Shown in pieces: positions 1 to 9,892 of a stretch of 64,000 nucleotides of DNA; position 1 is the first letter of the stretch, and every line of letters begins with the position of its first letter. The notes below the pieces were generated by a model. That model was given only the letters and a program-made list of their open reading frames with translations, was not told where the DNA came from and searched no databases. Source of the stretch: a virus. A program made the position numbers and the translations under genes. The stretch lies in IMG/VR virus record IMGVR_UViG_3300045988_115163. The stretch is one strand, 5' to 3'.

Positions 1-92
1 AAAAAGAATACGATAAAGGCTGTTTATTCGCTTTCTCTACAATAGCTATCGTTTTCATTACATTAGTAATTTTAATTTTAAAAGTAATATGA
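1..92 (+). CDS. 3' end of an upstream gene (partial), hydrophobic C-terminal helix
   Basis: Frame open from window edge: ...KEYDKGCLFAFSTIAIVFITLVILILKVI*. Stop TGA 90-92 overlaps ATG 89 of the next gene. Confidence 0.4.
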   Translation, partial: KEYDKGCLFAFSTIAIVFITLVILILKVI

Positions 93-349
93 ATGAACCA
101 ATTGTAGAAGTCCCAGTTTGGAAATTGAGGGAAATTGCTGATACGCTCCGGCTGGTTTCAAATACACTTGAATCTCCTAAAAGAGAATCCTGTTTAGACC
201 GAAAAGTAATGACCTCTTGGAATATCGTTGTTGACATTCTAAATGGGCATACTCCATCTCCCCATGAAAGTCTTGATTATTACATGAAGAAAAGTCAAAT
301 GCCTAAATTAAAAGAAGATATATATGGGACGAAAGAAAGTATGTATTAA
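89..349 (+). CDS. hypothetical protein
   Basis: ORF track; tightly packed same-strand array; no motif recognised. Confidence 0.55.
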   Translation: MNEPIVEVPVWKLREIADTLRLVSNTLESPKRESCLDRKVMTSWNIVVDILNGHTPSPHESLDYYMKKSQMPKLKEDIYGTKESMY

Positions 350-794
350 ATGCAAACGTAAACTTTGGATGCGGGATTTTTATAAGCATAAATCTTATTA
401 TAGTTCCAAATGCAAAGATTGCACTAAAGAAGAGATGAGAATGGAATATGCAGAGAAGAAAAAAGTGCCGGATAAAAAGTTTTATGATGAGTCTAAAGGA
501 TTATACATGGAACATAAAGGATATTCGACACGTATCTCATGGTCAGGTAATATGCTCTGTATATTGAAACGGCATTATGCAACAACATTCAACGAAGAAC
601 TAGCTGAGTTGATTGGAGTTTCCCCTAGAACTTTAGTTCGGAAAGCGAGGGAGTTGGGAATTTCGAAAGACCCGGATTGGATGAAAGAAGTTTGTAGGAC
701 AAATGCTAGATATGGAGCAGTGGTTAGTAAAAAGAATAGAAAACTAAAAAAAACAAATAATTATGACAAAAGAACAAGCATCAAAGGGATTTGA
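324..794 (+). CDS. putative DNA-binding protein (Cys-rich N-terminus plus HTH-like segment)
   Basis: CIKCKRK...CKDC cysteine pairs; LAELIGVSPRTLVRKARELGI resembles a helix-turn-helix. Confidence 0.5.
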   Translation: MGRKKVCIKCKRKLWMRDFYKHKSYYSSKCKDCTKEEMRMEYAEKKKVPDKKFYDESKGLYMEHKGYSTRISWSGNMLCILKRHYATTFNEELAELIGVSPRTLVRKARELGISKDPDWMKEVCRTNARYGAVVSKKNRKLKKTNNYDKRTSIKGI

Positions 795-999
795 TTTAAT
801 TCAAGAAATTGATAAAGTAGAAAAAGAATTAAATAGCTGGGAAGAAAGCTGTAAGCTTATTGATATAACTACTGCAAGCAATACACGCAGATACGGTGTA
901 AATATCGATTGGGTTGATTTTGATGTAGTAAAATCAATAGCTATTGGAAAGATAAAGAAAAGACTTAAAGAACTAAATGACGAATTTAAAGCATTATAA
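763..999 (+). CDS. hypothetical protein
   Basis: ORF track; packed array; helical, charged composition. Confidence 0.5.
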   Translation: MTKEQASKGFDLIQEIDKVEKELNSWEESCKLIDITTASNTRRYGVNIDWVDFDVVKSIAIGKIKKRLKELNDEFKAL

Positions 1000-1000
1000 T

Positions 1001-1174
1001 ATGAAAGAACAGATAGTAGATATTTCAAAACTTCTCACCATCAGACGTTACGCTGAAAAGAAAGGATTTGTAAAAGAAACCGTATATCTTTGGATAAAGA
1101 CAGGAAAGTTACCACATGTACGTATTGGTGGAGTTTTATTCGTTTTTGATGAAGATGAAAAAGAAAACAAATGA
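1001..1174 (+). CDS. excisionase/MerR-like small HTH protein
   Basis: Internal ATG directly after the stop at 999. LLTIRRYAEKKGFVKETVYLWIKTGKLPHVRIGG resembles excisionase-family HTH. Paralog at 5509..5676. Confidence 0.5.
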   Translation: MKEQIVDISKLLTIRRYAEKKGFVKETVYLWIKTGKLPHVRIGGVLFVFDEDEKENK

Positions 1175-1790
1175 TTTCCATCCCGAAATAGGTATTCGGT
1201 GGGGAAGACAGCAGTATCGAATTGAAGTAGTGTATTTGATGCTCCGGTGCTATTTACATTATCATATGATGAAATCTCATGCGGAATGTGCAAGACATGA
1301 AAAATACGATAAGAAAGACGCAGAAAGCATTTCTGCATTTATAAGTGCTGCATTTAAGTTGGATTGTAAACCGGAAAATTTTATAAATTCAACAAACGAA
1401 TTAGCTGATAAAGCTATTGAGGAATACAAGAAACTGGATGAAATTTTAAATATTTATTTTCCATCGGTTCGTTTCCCAATTGACAGGGAAGATGTAATTT
1501 CTACTTTAGCTTATCTCTACAATAACAATATTCTATTGAAGATGAAACATGTGGATTTTCTATTCTTCATTCAATATGTAGAGTACGCATATCATACTAG
1601 AACAAAAGGCGTAAAATGGCTAAAAGAAATGTGTTTGGAAACTTGTATATGGAATGGTGGATTTACCAGACGTACTGATACAATGTTATTCCGTAGGTCA
1701 TTCATTCTCATTGAACAGAAGTTGAACGAAATTATCCAAAAACGATTAAAAAGAAAAAACAAAAAGTATGGAACTAAAGTGCATAGTTAA
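1149..1790 (+). CDS. hypothetical protein
   Basis: ORF track 1116..1790; start placed at MKMKKK near the end of the preceding gene. Confidence 0.5.
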   Translation: MKMKKKTNDFHPEIGIRWGRQQYRIEVVYLMLRCYLHYHMMKSHAECARHEKYDKKDAESISAFISAAFKLDCKPENFINSTNELADKAIEEYKKLDEILNIYFPSVRFPIDREDVISTLAYLYNNNILLKMKHVDFLFFIQYVEYAYHTRTKGVKWLKEMCLETCIWNGGFTRRTDTMLFRRSFILIEQKLNEIIQKRLKRKNKKYGTKVHS

Positions 1791-2013
1791 ATTATCCAGT
1801 TTAGGAATTACCCCTTATCGGGTATATAATACAGAAAGTGATTTGATATATGTAGGTTATTTCGAAGATGGAGATTGGCACGCTGATTCATTCGACACCT
1901 TTGATACTGCTGATACAGAGATGTTGAAATTAACTCTCTTGAAACTTGAATACTCTCCTAAGCATATTCAAGTAGACTATTATGAACCGTATATGATACC
2001 TTATAAATTATAA
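1768..2013 (+). CDS. hypothetical protein
   Basis: ORF track; packed array. Confidence 0.5.
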   Translation: MELKCIVKLSSLGITPYRVYNTESDLIYVGYFEDGDWHADSFDTFDTADTEMLKLTLLKLEYSPKHIQVDYYEPYMIPYKL

Positions 2014-2015
2014 TT

Positions 2016-3140
2016 ATGAAGCTAGTATTTAATAGAAAAGACTTTTTGGAAGCCATCAATATCGGTGGCTGTTATGCAGGAAACCGAAAGGTTTTACCGA
2101 TACTGGAATGTGTAAAAATCACAGTTAAAAACAACAAATGTACTATATTGTCGTATGACGATATGAATGCGATTAAAACGTCCTGCAATATTATCAGTTC
2201 TGATGAGGACATTGTATTCTGTATTAACAAGGCAGATATTGAATCGTATGTAAATCTTCTTAGGGATGAAACCTTTGAAATGGAAGTTGAAGTTATTGGA
2301 GAAGAAGCCAATAAAGAGAAAAAAATGAAAGCTACCATTTATACCGATACCGGGACAATGGAATTTCCGGTGGAAGATGCAAAATGGTATCCTACCCTTC
2401 AACAAGAATCGGATGCGGAAACGTTTACTATGCCGGCTCAAACATTGGGATACTGGATTGTTAAGGGAAACCCATTCTTGAAAGAAGATGAATTGCAACC
2501 GGTATTTGAATGCTTGCATCTGTTTATTCAAGAAAACAACATTCATGCGTTTGCTTTTGACAGTATCAAAATGTACCATGATTTTTGCGAGACTGAATCC
2601 AATCTCAAAACTATCCTATCTATTCCAAGAAATTCATTCAAAGGTATTCGGGAGGCTCTAAAGAAAGAGAATGAAGTGACCATTAAAAACGGGAAGAACA
2701 ACATCATCATCAAATGTGAAAACTCAATGTTGCTCATCCGTAAGATGGAAATGAAAGTTCCCAACTTCTTTCAATTGCTTCAATACAAAGACCGTTTTAC
2801 CGTCAGAGTAGATAAGAGAACCATTCTTTTATGTTTATTGAAAGCAATAAATATTTTCGAAAAGCCTATTACCGGAAATATATCTCTCAGCTTTACAGAA
2901 GAAGGAATTACCATTTCAGCAACAAATTGGGGAGGAAACAAAAACTATACAGAAAAGATATATGCAGAAGGTGGTCAGGCGATATGTCAGAACTTCAACG
3001 CTATACAAATGAGGACTGCTATCGACGCTATCAGTACGGATAATATAGAAATATGTCCAACCGGAGAAAGGGCTTTATTAAAAATAAAGAATCCTGAATA
3101 TGAGAGTGAAGTAACCATGATTTGTCCAATGGTAAAATAA
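2016..3140 (+). CDS. DNA polymerase sliding clamp (beta-clamp/DnaN-like)
   Basis: 374 aa. N-terminus MKLVFNRKDFLEAINIGGCYAGNRKVLPILECVKITVKNNKCTILSYDDMNAIK follows the DnaN N-terminal pattern. Lies in the replication module. Confidence 0.65.
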   Translation: MKLVFNRKDFLEAINIGGCYAGNRKVLPILECVKITVKNNKCTILSYDDMNAIKTSCNIISSDEDIVFCINKADIESYVNLLRDETFEMEVEVIGEEANKEKKMKATIYTDTGTMEFPVEDAKWYPTLQQESDAETFTMPAQTLGYWIVKGNPFLKEDELQPVFECLHLFIQENNIHAFAFDSIKMYHDFCETESNLKTILSIPRNSFKGIREALKKENEVTIKNGKNNIIIKCENSMLLIRKMEMKVPNFFQLLQYKDRFTVRVDKRTILLCLLKAINIFEKPITGNISLSFTEEGITISATNWGGNKNYTEKIYAEGGQAICQNFNAIQMRTAIDAISTDNIEICPTGERALLKIKNPEYESEVTMICPMVK

Positions 3141-3145
3141 TCATT

Positions 3146-3397
3146 ATGGAAAAAGTATATATAACAAAATATGCCCTAACAACAGGTATCCTAGAAATTG
3201 AAGCTGAAATAATGAAATCTTATTGGGATAAATATCCGGGATATGTGAAAGATGAAGAAGGTGAACTATATTACCTTAGTAAAGATGCTTTTACTGATGA
3301 AGATGAAGCGATAAAAAAAGCCGAAGAGATGAGAAAAGCAAGGATTATATCTCTTTACAAACAAATTGACAAATTGGACAAATTGAGATTTGAATGA
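3146..3397 (+). CDS. hypothetical protein
   Basis: ORF track 3122..3397; internal ATG just after the clamp stop. Confidence 0.5.
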   Translation: MEKVYITKYALTTGILEIEAEIMKSYWDKYPGYVKDEEGELYYLSKDAFTDEDEAIKKAEEMRKARIISLYKQIDKLDKLRFE

Positions 3398-3659
3398 TAT
3401 GGAAAATTCTGAAAGCCATTATATAACAGACCCACAAAGAACGCAAAGTATATTTGATTATACTATTGAGTTTTGTACAACCTGTGATAGAGAAATGCAA
3501 TTTGATATTCAAACTGGACAATGCGTTCTTTGTGATAGTGATAATCCTTTTGGCTTATTAGAAGAACATACCGATAAAGAATGGGATGATTACTATCATA
3601 ACAATAAACAGAAGACACAAGTGTGCCGACTAATAAAAAAGAAAAGATATGAAAATTAA
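3390..3659 (+). CDS. zinc-ribbon-like protein
   Basis: CTTCDREMQFDIQTGQCVLCD gives two CxxC pairs. Confidence 0.5.
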   Translation: MNDMENSESHYITDPQRTQSIFDYTIEFCTTCDREMQFDIQTGQCVLCDSDNPFGLLEEHTDKEWDDYYHNNKQKTQVCRLIKKKRYEN

Positions 3660-3888
3660 TACAGAGTTTGATGTAGGTGATAGTGTATGCTATCTAAGTG
3701 AAGACCATATTTGCTATGCAAATATTAATAAAATAACCATTGAAATATTGCATGAGGATAGAAGTTTTATGATGGTTTATAAACTGTCTGATGGTTTGAA
3801 TGTACCGAGAAACAATTATCCATTATGGGATAAAAAATTATTTAAAGACAAAGAAAGTTTAATTAAATATTTTGAAGAAAATGAATAA
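3649..3888 (+). CDS. hypothetical protein
   Basis: ORF track; overlapping start/stop with neighbours. Confidence 0.5.
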   Translation: MKINTEFDVGDSVCYLSEDHICYANINKITIEILHEDRSFMMVYKLSDGLNVPRNNYPLWDKKLFKDKESLIKYFEENE

Positions 3889-4225
3889 AGAAGAATTTAT
3901 CGCTAAAAAAGCAATTATCCAAGAAAAAATAGATACATTAAAGTGCGAGATGATGGATTTGAAACAAGCATATATAGATTCAAATGCTCCGTTTCCAGTC
4001 GGGTCGAAAGTTTGTATCATTAATCCACCATTCGAAGGTTGGGCTTTTGATAATAGAGAACGCATACATATTCCAGAAAGGAGAAGATATGCTTATATTG
4101 AAGGATACATAATATTTTGTGATGAAGTATTTCCTAAATTGAAAAAAGCAAAGAAAGATGGTAGCATGTCGAAAGCGGCTGATAATGTTTTTTGGGGAGA
4201 ATGTAAAATAGAATTAGCTGAATAA
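3872..4225 (+). CDS. hypothetical protein
   Basis: ORF track; packed array. Confidence 0.5.
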   Translation: MKKMNKEEFIAKKAIIQEKIDTLKCEMMDLKQAYIDSNAPFPVGSKVCIINPPFEGWAFDNRERIHIPERRRYAYIEGYIIFCDEVFPKLKKAKKDGSMSKAADNVFWGECKIELAE

Positions 4226-4407
4226 TGATAATGATACATTGGAATTTTATTATATATGGGGTTATCCTTGGGGGTACACTCATGTTTGCATTAACAAGAG
4301 ACCATACTTATTCTTGGTTTGGTTCTGATATGGAATGGGCTATAATCATTTGGATTATATTTGCTGTAGTATTTACTCCGATTTGGGGAGGTATATTTTG
4401 GTGGTAA
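4225..4407 (+). CDS. small membrane protein
   Basis: 60 aa with two hydrophobic stretches (IIYGVILGGTLMFAL, AIIIWIIFAVVFTPIWGGIFWW). Confidence 0.5.
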   Translation: MIMIHWNFIIYGVILGGTLMFALTRDHTYSWFGSDMEWAIIIWIIFAVVFTPIWGGIFWW

Positions 4408-4427
4408 CTAACATATAAATAACAATT

Positions 4428-5153
4428 ATGGAAGAAAGAAAACTAAGTTTTAAACGCAACGACGACCCCACATTAGTAGAGGACAAAGATGGCAAATTAG
4501 CCAAGGAACTGGCAAAGATATACAAGGATATCCAATTCAATCTTGGATTCTGCTATGAACAGTTGACAAAGGGAGAATTGACCGAAGGGATGAAAGAAAC
4601 TCATCTATCTTTGACCGAATCCTATGTATTGTCTTTCCTGAAAAAAATGGGGTATGAAGGGATACTTGAAAGAGAACAAAATGAAAGATTGAGCGAAATC
4701 CGGTCACTAAATGATGAAAATAGAGAGCTTCGGAGACAATTAGGTGAGAAGGTGACAAACGAGGATTTCAGAGAGAAAATCAAGAACGTCTGTTCAAATT
4801 TCAAGAGGTGGTGGAACATAGAAGGATTTGGACATGTTAGTAGTATGTCCTTTGGAGAATATGGCACACTCACAGTTAAGTTAAGCGGTAATATCAGCCG
4901 TTCTTACTATGAAGATGAAGAGCGAACAGAAGAAGAGAAAATCAAATATCTGGAAGAACTTGGGTTCTCAATAGACAACGAAAGATACGTAATCTTTAAT
5001 GATTCAAACATCAATCTATTAAAGAAATTGCTTACTGAGAAATATCCAAGCGCAAAGATATGGAAAATTGAATCCCATGATAGGCTTACGTCTATGGCTA
5101 TTTGGGATATTGAAATTATTATTAAAAACTTAAACGATTTAGAATCATGTTAA
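4428..5153 (+). CDS. hypothetical protein
   Basis: 241 aa ORF; packed array. Confidence 0.55.
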   Translation: MEERKLSFKRNDDPTLVEDKDGKLAKELAKIYKDIQFNLGFCYEQLTKGELTEGMKETHLSLTESYVLSFLKKMGYEGILEREQNERLSEIRSLNDENRELRRQLGEKVTNEDFREKIKNVCSNFKRWWNIEGFGHVSSMSFGEYGTLTVKLSGNISRSYYEDEERTEEEKIKYLEELGFSIDNERYVIFNDSNINLLKKLLTEKYPSAKIWKIESHDRLTSMAIWDIEIIIKNLNDLESC

Positions 5154-5371
5154 CAAGAGACGAAGCATTCAATTTAGCACAACAACAATCTCCAACTTTG
5201 GAGGAAGCATTAATTAAGATTGAACGTCATGCAAGAGCCGGAGAATACCTCGCTGAGTTTAAATTGCTTAGTAAAGATGTGATAAAGGAACTTGAAAAAT
5301 TAGGATTTACTGTTTGTAGGGTGAATTTCAACATATCAGTAATATCATGGGGGGAAATAGTATGCAAATAA
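5147..5371 (+). CDS. hypothetical protein
   Basis: ORF track; last gene before terminator 5423-5448. Confidence 0.5.
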   Translation: MLTRDEAFNLAQQQSPTLEEALIKIERHARAGEYLAEFKLLSKDVIKELEKLGFTVCRVNFNISVISWGEIVCK

Positions 5372-5422
5372 TTCAAGTAATGATACCAGTCATAATGCCA
5401 TAGTATTTTACCCTAACCGGAT

Positions 5423-5448
5423 GGGGAGAGAAAATTCTCCCCATTTTT
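5423..5448 (+). terminator. intrinsic terminator
   Basis: ggggaga / tctcccc 7 bp stem, 6 nt loop, then attttt. Confidence 0.6.
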
Positions 5449-5459
5449 AACCAAAATTA

Positions 5460-5491
5460 TTTGGAATTTGCCAATCTACTTAATACATTTG
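5460..5491 (+). promoter_or_regulatory. Bacteroides-type promoter candidate
   Basis: TTTG 5460-5463, 20 nt spacer, TACATTTG 5484-5491 (matches TAnnTTTG); about 18 nt upstream of ATG 5509. Confidence 0.45.
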
Positions 5492-5508
5492 TAGAAAATT
5501 TATAGAAT

Positions 5509-5676
5509 ATGGAAGATTTCAAAAACTTAGTGCGTATCTCTACATACGCCAAACTTAAAGACATCAGCACGGAAACGGCTAGATTGTGGGTGTTAAACAA
5601 GAAAGTAAAATCAGTTATTATTGATGATACGATTTTCATAGTCAAAGAAGAAGAGAAAAATAATAAGGAGAAATGA
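5509..5676 (+). CDS. small excisionase-like HTH protein (55 aa, below ORF-track cutoff)
   Basis: Manual translation MEDFKNLVRISTYAKLKDISTETARLWVLNKKVKSVIIDDTIFIVKEEEKNNKEK*. Fills the gap before 5678. Similar to 1001..1174. Confidence 0.5.
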   Translation: MEDFKNLVRISTYAKLKDISTETARLWVLNKKVKSVIIDDTIFIVKEEEKNNKEK

Positions 5677-5677
5677 G

Positions 5678-6415
5678 ATGGGAACTCACGACCCGGCTTT
5701 CCTTTTTTACAGTAATGACTTTCTTAGTGGAGTAGCTGACCTTACTATGGAAGAGAGGGGACAGTACATTACATTGATGTGTCTTCAACACCAAAAAGGG
5801 CATATTTCAGAGAAAACCATAAGGTTATGCGTAGGTTCCGTCTCGGTTGACGTTTTATCCAAGTTTCAACAGGACGAAAATGGTTGTTACTACAACGAAC
5901 GGTTAGAGGCTGAAATTGAGAAAAGAGCGAAATACACTGAAAGTCGGAGAGTTAACGGAAGAAAAGGAGGAAGAAAGAAAAACCATATGGTTTCTGGTAG
6001 CTTAAACAAGAACGAAGCTAGAAAAAACCATACTGAAAATGAAAATGATAATGTAATTATAGATAATGATAATGAAGATATAATGGAGGGTTTAAGGGAG
6101 GAAGAAAAGGAGAATAAGAAGAAGACCCGAATATCCCAATCAGATGTCGATTATCTATATTCGCTCTATCCTGCTTCTTGTCCGAACCGGAACAAGTCAA
6201 CTGGCAAGGGACGAAAGGACAAGGAAAAAATCAGGAAAATGCTAAAGGACATGTCTAAAGAGGAACTTGAATTTACGATTAAGGCATACGTCCAGCAATG
6301 TGCAGAAAAAAAGGAATGGCTAAAGAACTTCTCTACCTTCCTGAACAATCTGCCGGATATGAGTTTTGTGGAACTGAAAGTAGAAAAACCAATTAATGAC
6401 GATTATTATCAATGA
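5678..6415 (+). CDS. DUF1376/YdaU-like replication-associated protein
   Basis: N-terminus PAFLFYSNDFLSGVADLTMEERGQYITLMCLQHQKG fits the DUF1376 pattern as I recall it. Sits directly upstream of the primase-helicase. Confidence 0.55.
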   Translation: MGTHDPAFLFYSNDFLSGVADLTMEERGQYITLMCLQHQKGHISEKTIRLCVGSVSVDVLSKFQQDENGCYYNERLEAEIEKRAKYTESRRVNGRKGGRKKNHMVSGSLNKNEARKNHTENENDNVIIDNDNEDIMEGLREEEKENKKKTRISQSDVDYLYSLYPASCPNRNKSTGKGRKDKEKIRKMLKDMSKEELEFTIKAYVQQCAEKKEWLKNFSTFLNNLPDMSFVELKVEKPINDDYYQ

Positions 6416-8511
6416 ATGAGCTAATGATTCGTAAATGGTACGATATCTTCAAGAACAACAAAGACCTTGTGGAGATACGTATCTTAGACCCTAACACCAA
6501 GAAGTCCTATTCCGGTTACTTCACGGATGTGGAAACCATATTGCGGGAAATACGCAAGTACGACTATTGCAATATTTACTTCACTCTGAACAGCATTGAT
6601 TCAGCTTGTTATTCAAGGGGACAACGTAACCGGATTGATACTAAGCCTAAATCTACAACTTCTGATAAAGAAATTATTGGGAGAGACTGGTGCTTGATTG
6701 ATATTGATTGCGAGAAGCCAGCCGATACCAATTCCACGGACGAAGAGAAGGAAGCTGCCAAATTGGTGGTGAATGAGGTCTATAAATTTTTGAGAGACCA
6801 AGGCTTTGGGAAATTGGTTATCTGTGACAGTGCGAATGGTTTTCACATCCTCGTGAAGCAAAAGATGAAGAACACGGATGAGAATACGCAAATTATGAAA
6901 GACTTTTTGCAAGTCCTAGATATGCTGTTTTCCACCGATAAGGTGAAAGTGGATACTTCTACCTTCAATGCCAGCCGAATATGCAAACTGTACGGATGTG
7001 TCAGCCGGAAAGGGAGTAATACCGCAGAAAGACCTCAGAGAGAAAGTGCCATACTGAGAGTTCCCGAAGACATTACGCCTATTCCCAATGAATATTTCAA
7101 GAAAGTAGCTGATATGCTTCCTAAATCGGAGAAACCGGATAGGAGCAACAACTACAAAGTGGACAACTTCAATTTGGAGGAATTTATAGCCAAGCACAAT
7201 ATACAGGTGAGAAATGTCGTAAAGACGAAAGACTACACCAAGTATGTACTTGAAGAATGCCCTTTCAATTCCTCTCATTCCGCACCAGATTCGGCTATTT
7301 TTGAGATGGCTGGTGGTGGATATGGATTCAAGTGTTTACATGCAAGTTGTTCGGTTTATGGATGGAAAGAGTTTCGTTTGCACTATGAGCCGGATGCTTA
7401 TAGCCGGAAAGAATACTCAGAATACATCACCAAGTCGCGAAATTTGGACTTTCAGCGTCCGGACAAGGAAATCTATACCCCGGTGGGAGAAGATTCAAAA
7501 AAGGGCAATAAGTGGATGAATATGGCGGATATAAAATACGTCGATGTTTCTCAGCTTCCGAAAATACCTACCGGATTCAGGATATTGGATAAATCCATCA
7601 CCGGATTACTGTTGGGTGAAGTATCGCTGATTTCAGGAAGTAACTCTTCGGGAAAGTCCTCTTGGTTGAACCAGCTTTCATTGAATGCCATCAATACCGG
7701 ATACAAGGTGGCGTTGTGGTCAGGAGAGCTAGTCGGGTATCGTTTGAAAGGCTGGATAAACCAGATTGCTGCCGGACGAAGCTATGTGCAAAAGGTGGAC
7801 GGATACGACACGTTGTATTATGCTCCGAAGAACATATCTGACCGGATAGACAATTGGACAAAAGGGAAATTATTCCTTTACAACAACCAGTATGGTTCTC
7901 GTTGGGAACAACTGATGGCTGATATTACTGAAATAATTGAAAAAGAGGGAGTAAGCCTTGTTATTATAGACAACCTGATGGCTATGTCTCTGGAAGGATT
8001 TGACGGAGACAATAACAGCAAGCAAAGGCAGTTTATCTTACAGGTATGCGACCTTGCTAAGAAGAAGAACGTCCATATTATCGTAGTGGCTCATCCTCGT
8101 AAACAAACAGATTTTCTTCGCAAAGAGTCCATATCCGGTTCAGCCGATTTAACCAATGCGGTAGACAATTGTTTCATCATTCACCGTGTTAATAAGGACT
8201 TTGAGACCAGAGGTATTGAGTTCTTTGGTTCACCCAGAATATCGGAGATGATGCAATACGGTAACGTGGTAGAAATTTGCAAGAACCGTTCTCTAGGAGT
8301 AGTAGACACACTTTGTGGGATGTACTATGAGATTGAAACCAGACGTTTCAAGAATGACATTGCAGAGCACATAGTGTATGGATGGCAGGAAGAGCCGAAA
8401 ACAGAACCGGCTTTCCAACCAAATGATTATGAATACAGTACATACGACTTCAATGTCCGTCAAGAAAGTGATTTACCTTTTGACGGAGAAGACAACGGAT
8501 GTCCTTTTTAA
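6412..8511 (+). CDS. AEP-type primase / zinc-binding / RecA-fold (DnaB-like) helicase fusion
   Basis: LIDIDCE and DSANGFHIL (AEP primase acidic and sGxGxH motifs). CPFNSSHSAPDS...FKCLHASC zinc motif. Walker A GSNSSGKSS and Walker B LVIIDNLM. Confidence 0.8.
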   Translation: MNELMIRKWYDIFKNNKDLVEIRILDPNTKKSYSGYFTDVETILREIRKYDYCNIYFTLNSIDSACYSRGQRNRIDTKPKSTTSDKEIIGRDWCLIDIDCEKPADTNSTDEEKEAAKLVVNEVYKFLRDQGFGKLVICDSANGFHILVKQKMKNTDENTQIMKDFLQVLDMLFSTDKVKVDTSTFNASRICKLYGCVSRKGSNTAERPQRESAILRVPEDITPIPNEYFKKVADMLPKSEKPDRSNNYKVDNFNLEEFIAKHNIQVRNVVKTKDYTKYVLEECPFNSSHSAPDSAIFEMAGGGYGFKCLHASCSVYGWKEFRLHYEPDAYSRKEYSEYITKSRNLDFQRPDKEIYTPVGEDSKKGNKWMNMADIKYVDVSQLPKIPTGFRILDKSITGLLLGEVSLISGSNSSGKSSWLNQLSLNAINTGYKVALWSGELVGYRLKGWINQIAAGRSYVQKVDGYDTLYYAPKNISDRIDNWTKGKLFLYNNQYGSRWEQLMADITEIIEKEGVSLVIIDNLMAMSLEGFDGDNNSKQRQFILQVCDLAKKKNVHIIVVAHPRKQTDFLRKESISGSADLTNAVDNCFIIHRVNKDFETRGIEFFGSPRISEMMQYGNVVEICKNRSLGVVDTLCGMYYEIETRRFKNDIAEHIVYGWQEEPKTEPAFQPNDYEYSTYDFNVRQESDLPFDGEDNGCPF

Positions 8512-8522
8512 AAATAAAAAAC

Positions 8523-8927
8523 ATGGAAGAAAAGATTTATGAATTTGACCCACAGGTATATCCAATGAAGCTGTGGGTTATGAAAAAGCCAGATTTTGAA
8601 ACAGTACAGAAAACATTCTACTCAATGGGAGAAGAAGATGAATTGTACGAGTTTGAATATAAACAGTTGAAACTCGGTTCACACACGGCTATGAGAATGT
8701 TTCCGGTAGTTAAAAAAGAAATAAATCAGTGGGGTGTATTAGCTGTTTTTGGAAATCCAAAGTATTTTAAGCCAAGTATTTTAGCACATGAAGCATCTCA
8801 TGTTTGCGATTGGCTTTTTGAACTGATTGGAATTAATCGTGGGAAGTTTGATGATGGTGAACCTGCGGCTTATTTCATCCAATGGGTATTTGAACAATTG
8901 GATAACGTAAAGAAAGGGAAAGTATGA
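8523..8927 (+). CDS. hypothetical protein with HExxH motif
   Basis: SILAHEASHVCDW contains HExxH; start taken at the ATG after the primase stop. Confidence 0.45.
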   Translation: MEEKIYEFDPQVYPMKLWVMKKPDFETVQKTFYSMGEEDELYEFEYKQLKLGSHTAMRMFPVVKKEINQWGVLAVFGNPKYFKPSILAHEASHVCDWLFELIGINRGKFDDGEPAAYFIQWVFEQLDNVKKGKV

Positions 8928-9307
8928 AACAAACATTAGAAGAAGCAACAAGAGAATATGCCAATGATTGCAGAAATAGGCAGCATCATTGTGAACCGTA
9001 CTGCATTGTTGATTTTAAGGCAGGTGCAGAGTGGCAGAAAGAGCAATCTCCGTGGATAAGCGTAGAAGAACAATTACCGCCATGTTCGGATGAAGATTTA
9101 TTCCTGTTAGGTATTGATTCTCGTGGTGTTAAGAATATACCGGATGTGGGATATATGCACTCTTCAAAGGATGGAAAACCTCGAAAAGACTTGTTTGTAT
9201 GTGGCGAACTCATAGAAGTAACCCATTGGATGAAAGTACCAGCTTTCGAGGATATCCTCGAAGCCAACAGAGACGTTTTAGAACGAATGAAAGAGAAAGG
9301 AGACTAA
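8924..9307 (+). CDS. DUF551-like protein
   Basis: AGAEWQKEQSPWISVEEQLPP resembles the DUF551 W..V.d.LP signature; paralog-like to 10623..11018. Confidence 0.45.
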   Translation: MKQTLEEATREYANDCRNRQHHCEPYCIVDFKAGAEWQKEQSPWISVEEQLPPCSDEDLFLLGIDSRGVKNIPDVGYMHSSKDGKPRKDLFVCGELIEVTHWMKVPAFEDILEANRDVLERMKEKGD

Positions 9308-9310
9308 AGT

Positions 9311-9892
9311 ATGAAGAAAATTATGTTTAACGAAAAATTCGGCTTAGAGACAGCCGTATTGAGTGGTACAAAGACCATGACCAGAAGACAGTTTTACATT
9401 CCTAAGAAACTGCAATATCTCTACATGCCGGACGATACGATACGGATTTATGATACGCAGCGTGCTGGATATATTATTCAGTGGTTAGACTCAAATGAGA
9501 ATGTTCGCATGACCTTTTATCCGAAGTACAATATTGGTGAAGTGGTTGCCATTGCGCAAAGCTATGAAACTATGTACCATGAACTAGGACTTGAAACAAT
9601 GGATATGTTTACTACTTCTATGAAGAATAGTAAAGGGTGGAACAACAAAATGTTTGTAAAGGCAGACCTAATGCAACATCACATCCGCATTACTGACGTG
9701 AAAGCGGAACGGTTGCAGGACATATCGGAGGATGAGTGCTTAAAAGAAGGAATAAAGAAGACCACACACAAAGATGCATCCGGGGAATGGGGAAGATATT
9801 ATTGGTACTTAGGAGTTACGAAACATAATTGCCCTTATGGGCAGTATAAAGAATATGATACTGCAAAAAAAAGCTTTTATGAATTTGATTGA
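9311..9892 (+). CDS. ASCH/PUA-like protein, C-terminus apparently frameshifted at an A8 run
   Basis: MKKIMFNEKFGLETAVLSGTKTMTRRQF N-terminus. With one A fewer in 9865-9872 the frame continues ...AKKAFMNLIDEVSGKGTWNIDPYVWVYEFELID* to 9965. Confidence 0.6.
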   Translation: MKKIMFNEKFGLETAVLSGTKTMTRRQFYIPKKLQYLYMPDDTIRIYDTQRAGYIIQWLDSNENVRMTFYPKYNIGEVVAIAQSYETMYHELGLETMDMFTTSMKNSKGWNNKMFVKADLMQHHIRITDVKAERLQDISEDECLKEGIKKTTHKDASGEWGRYYWYLGVTKHNCPYGQYKEYDTAKKSFYEFD

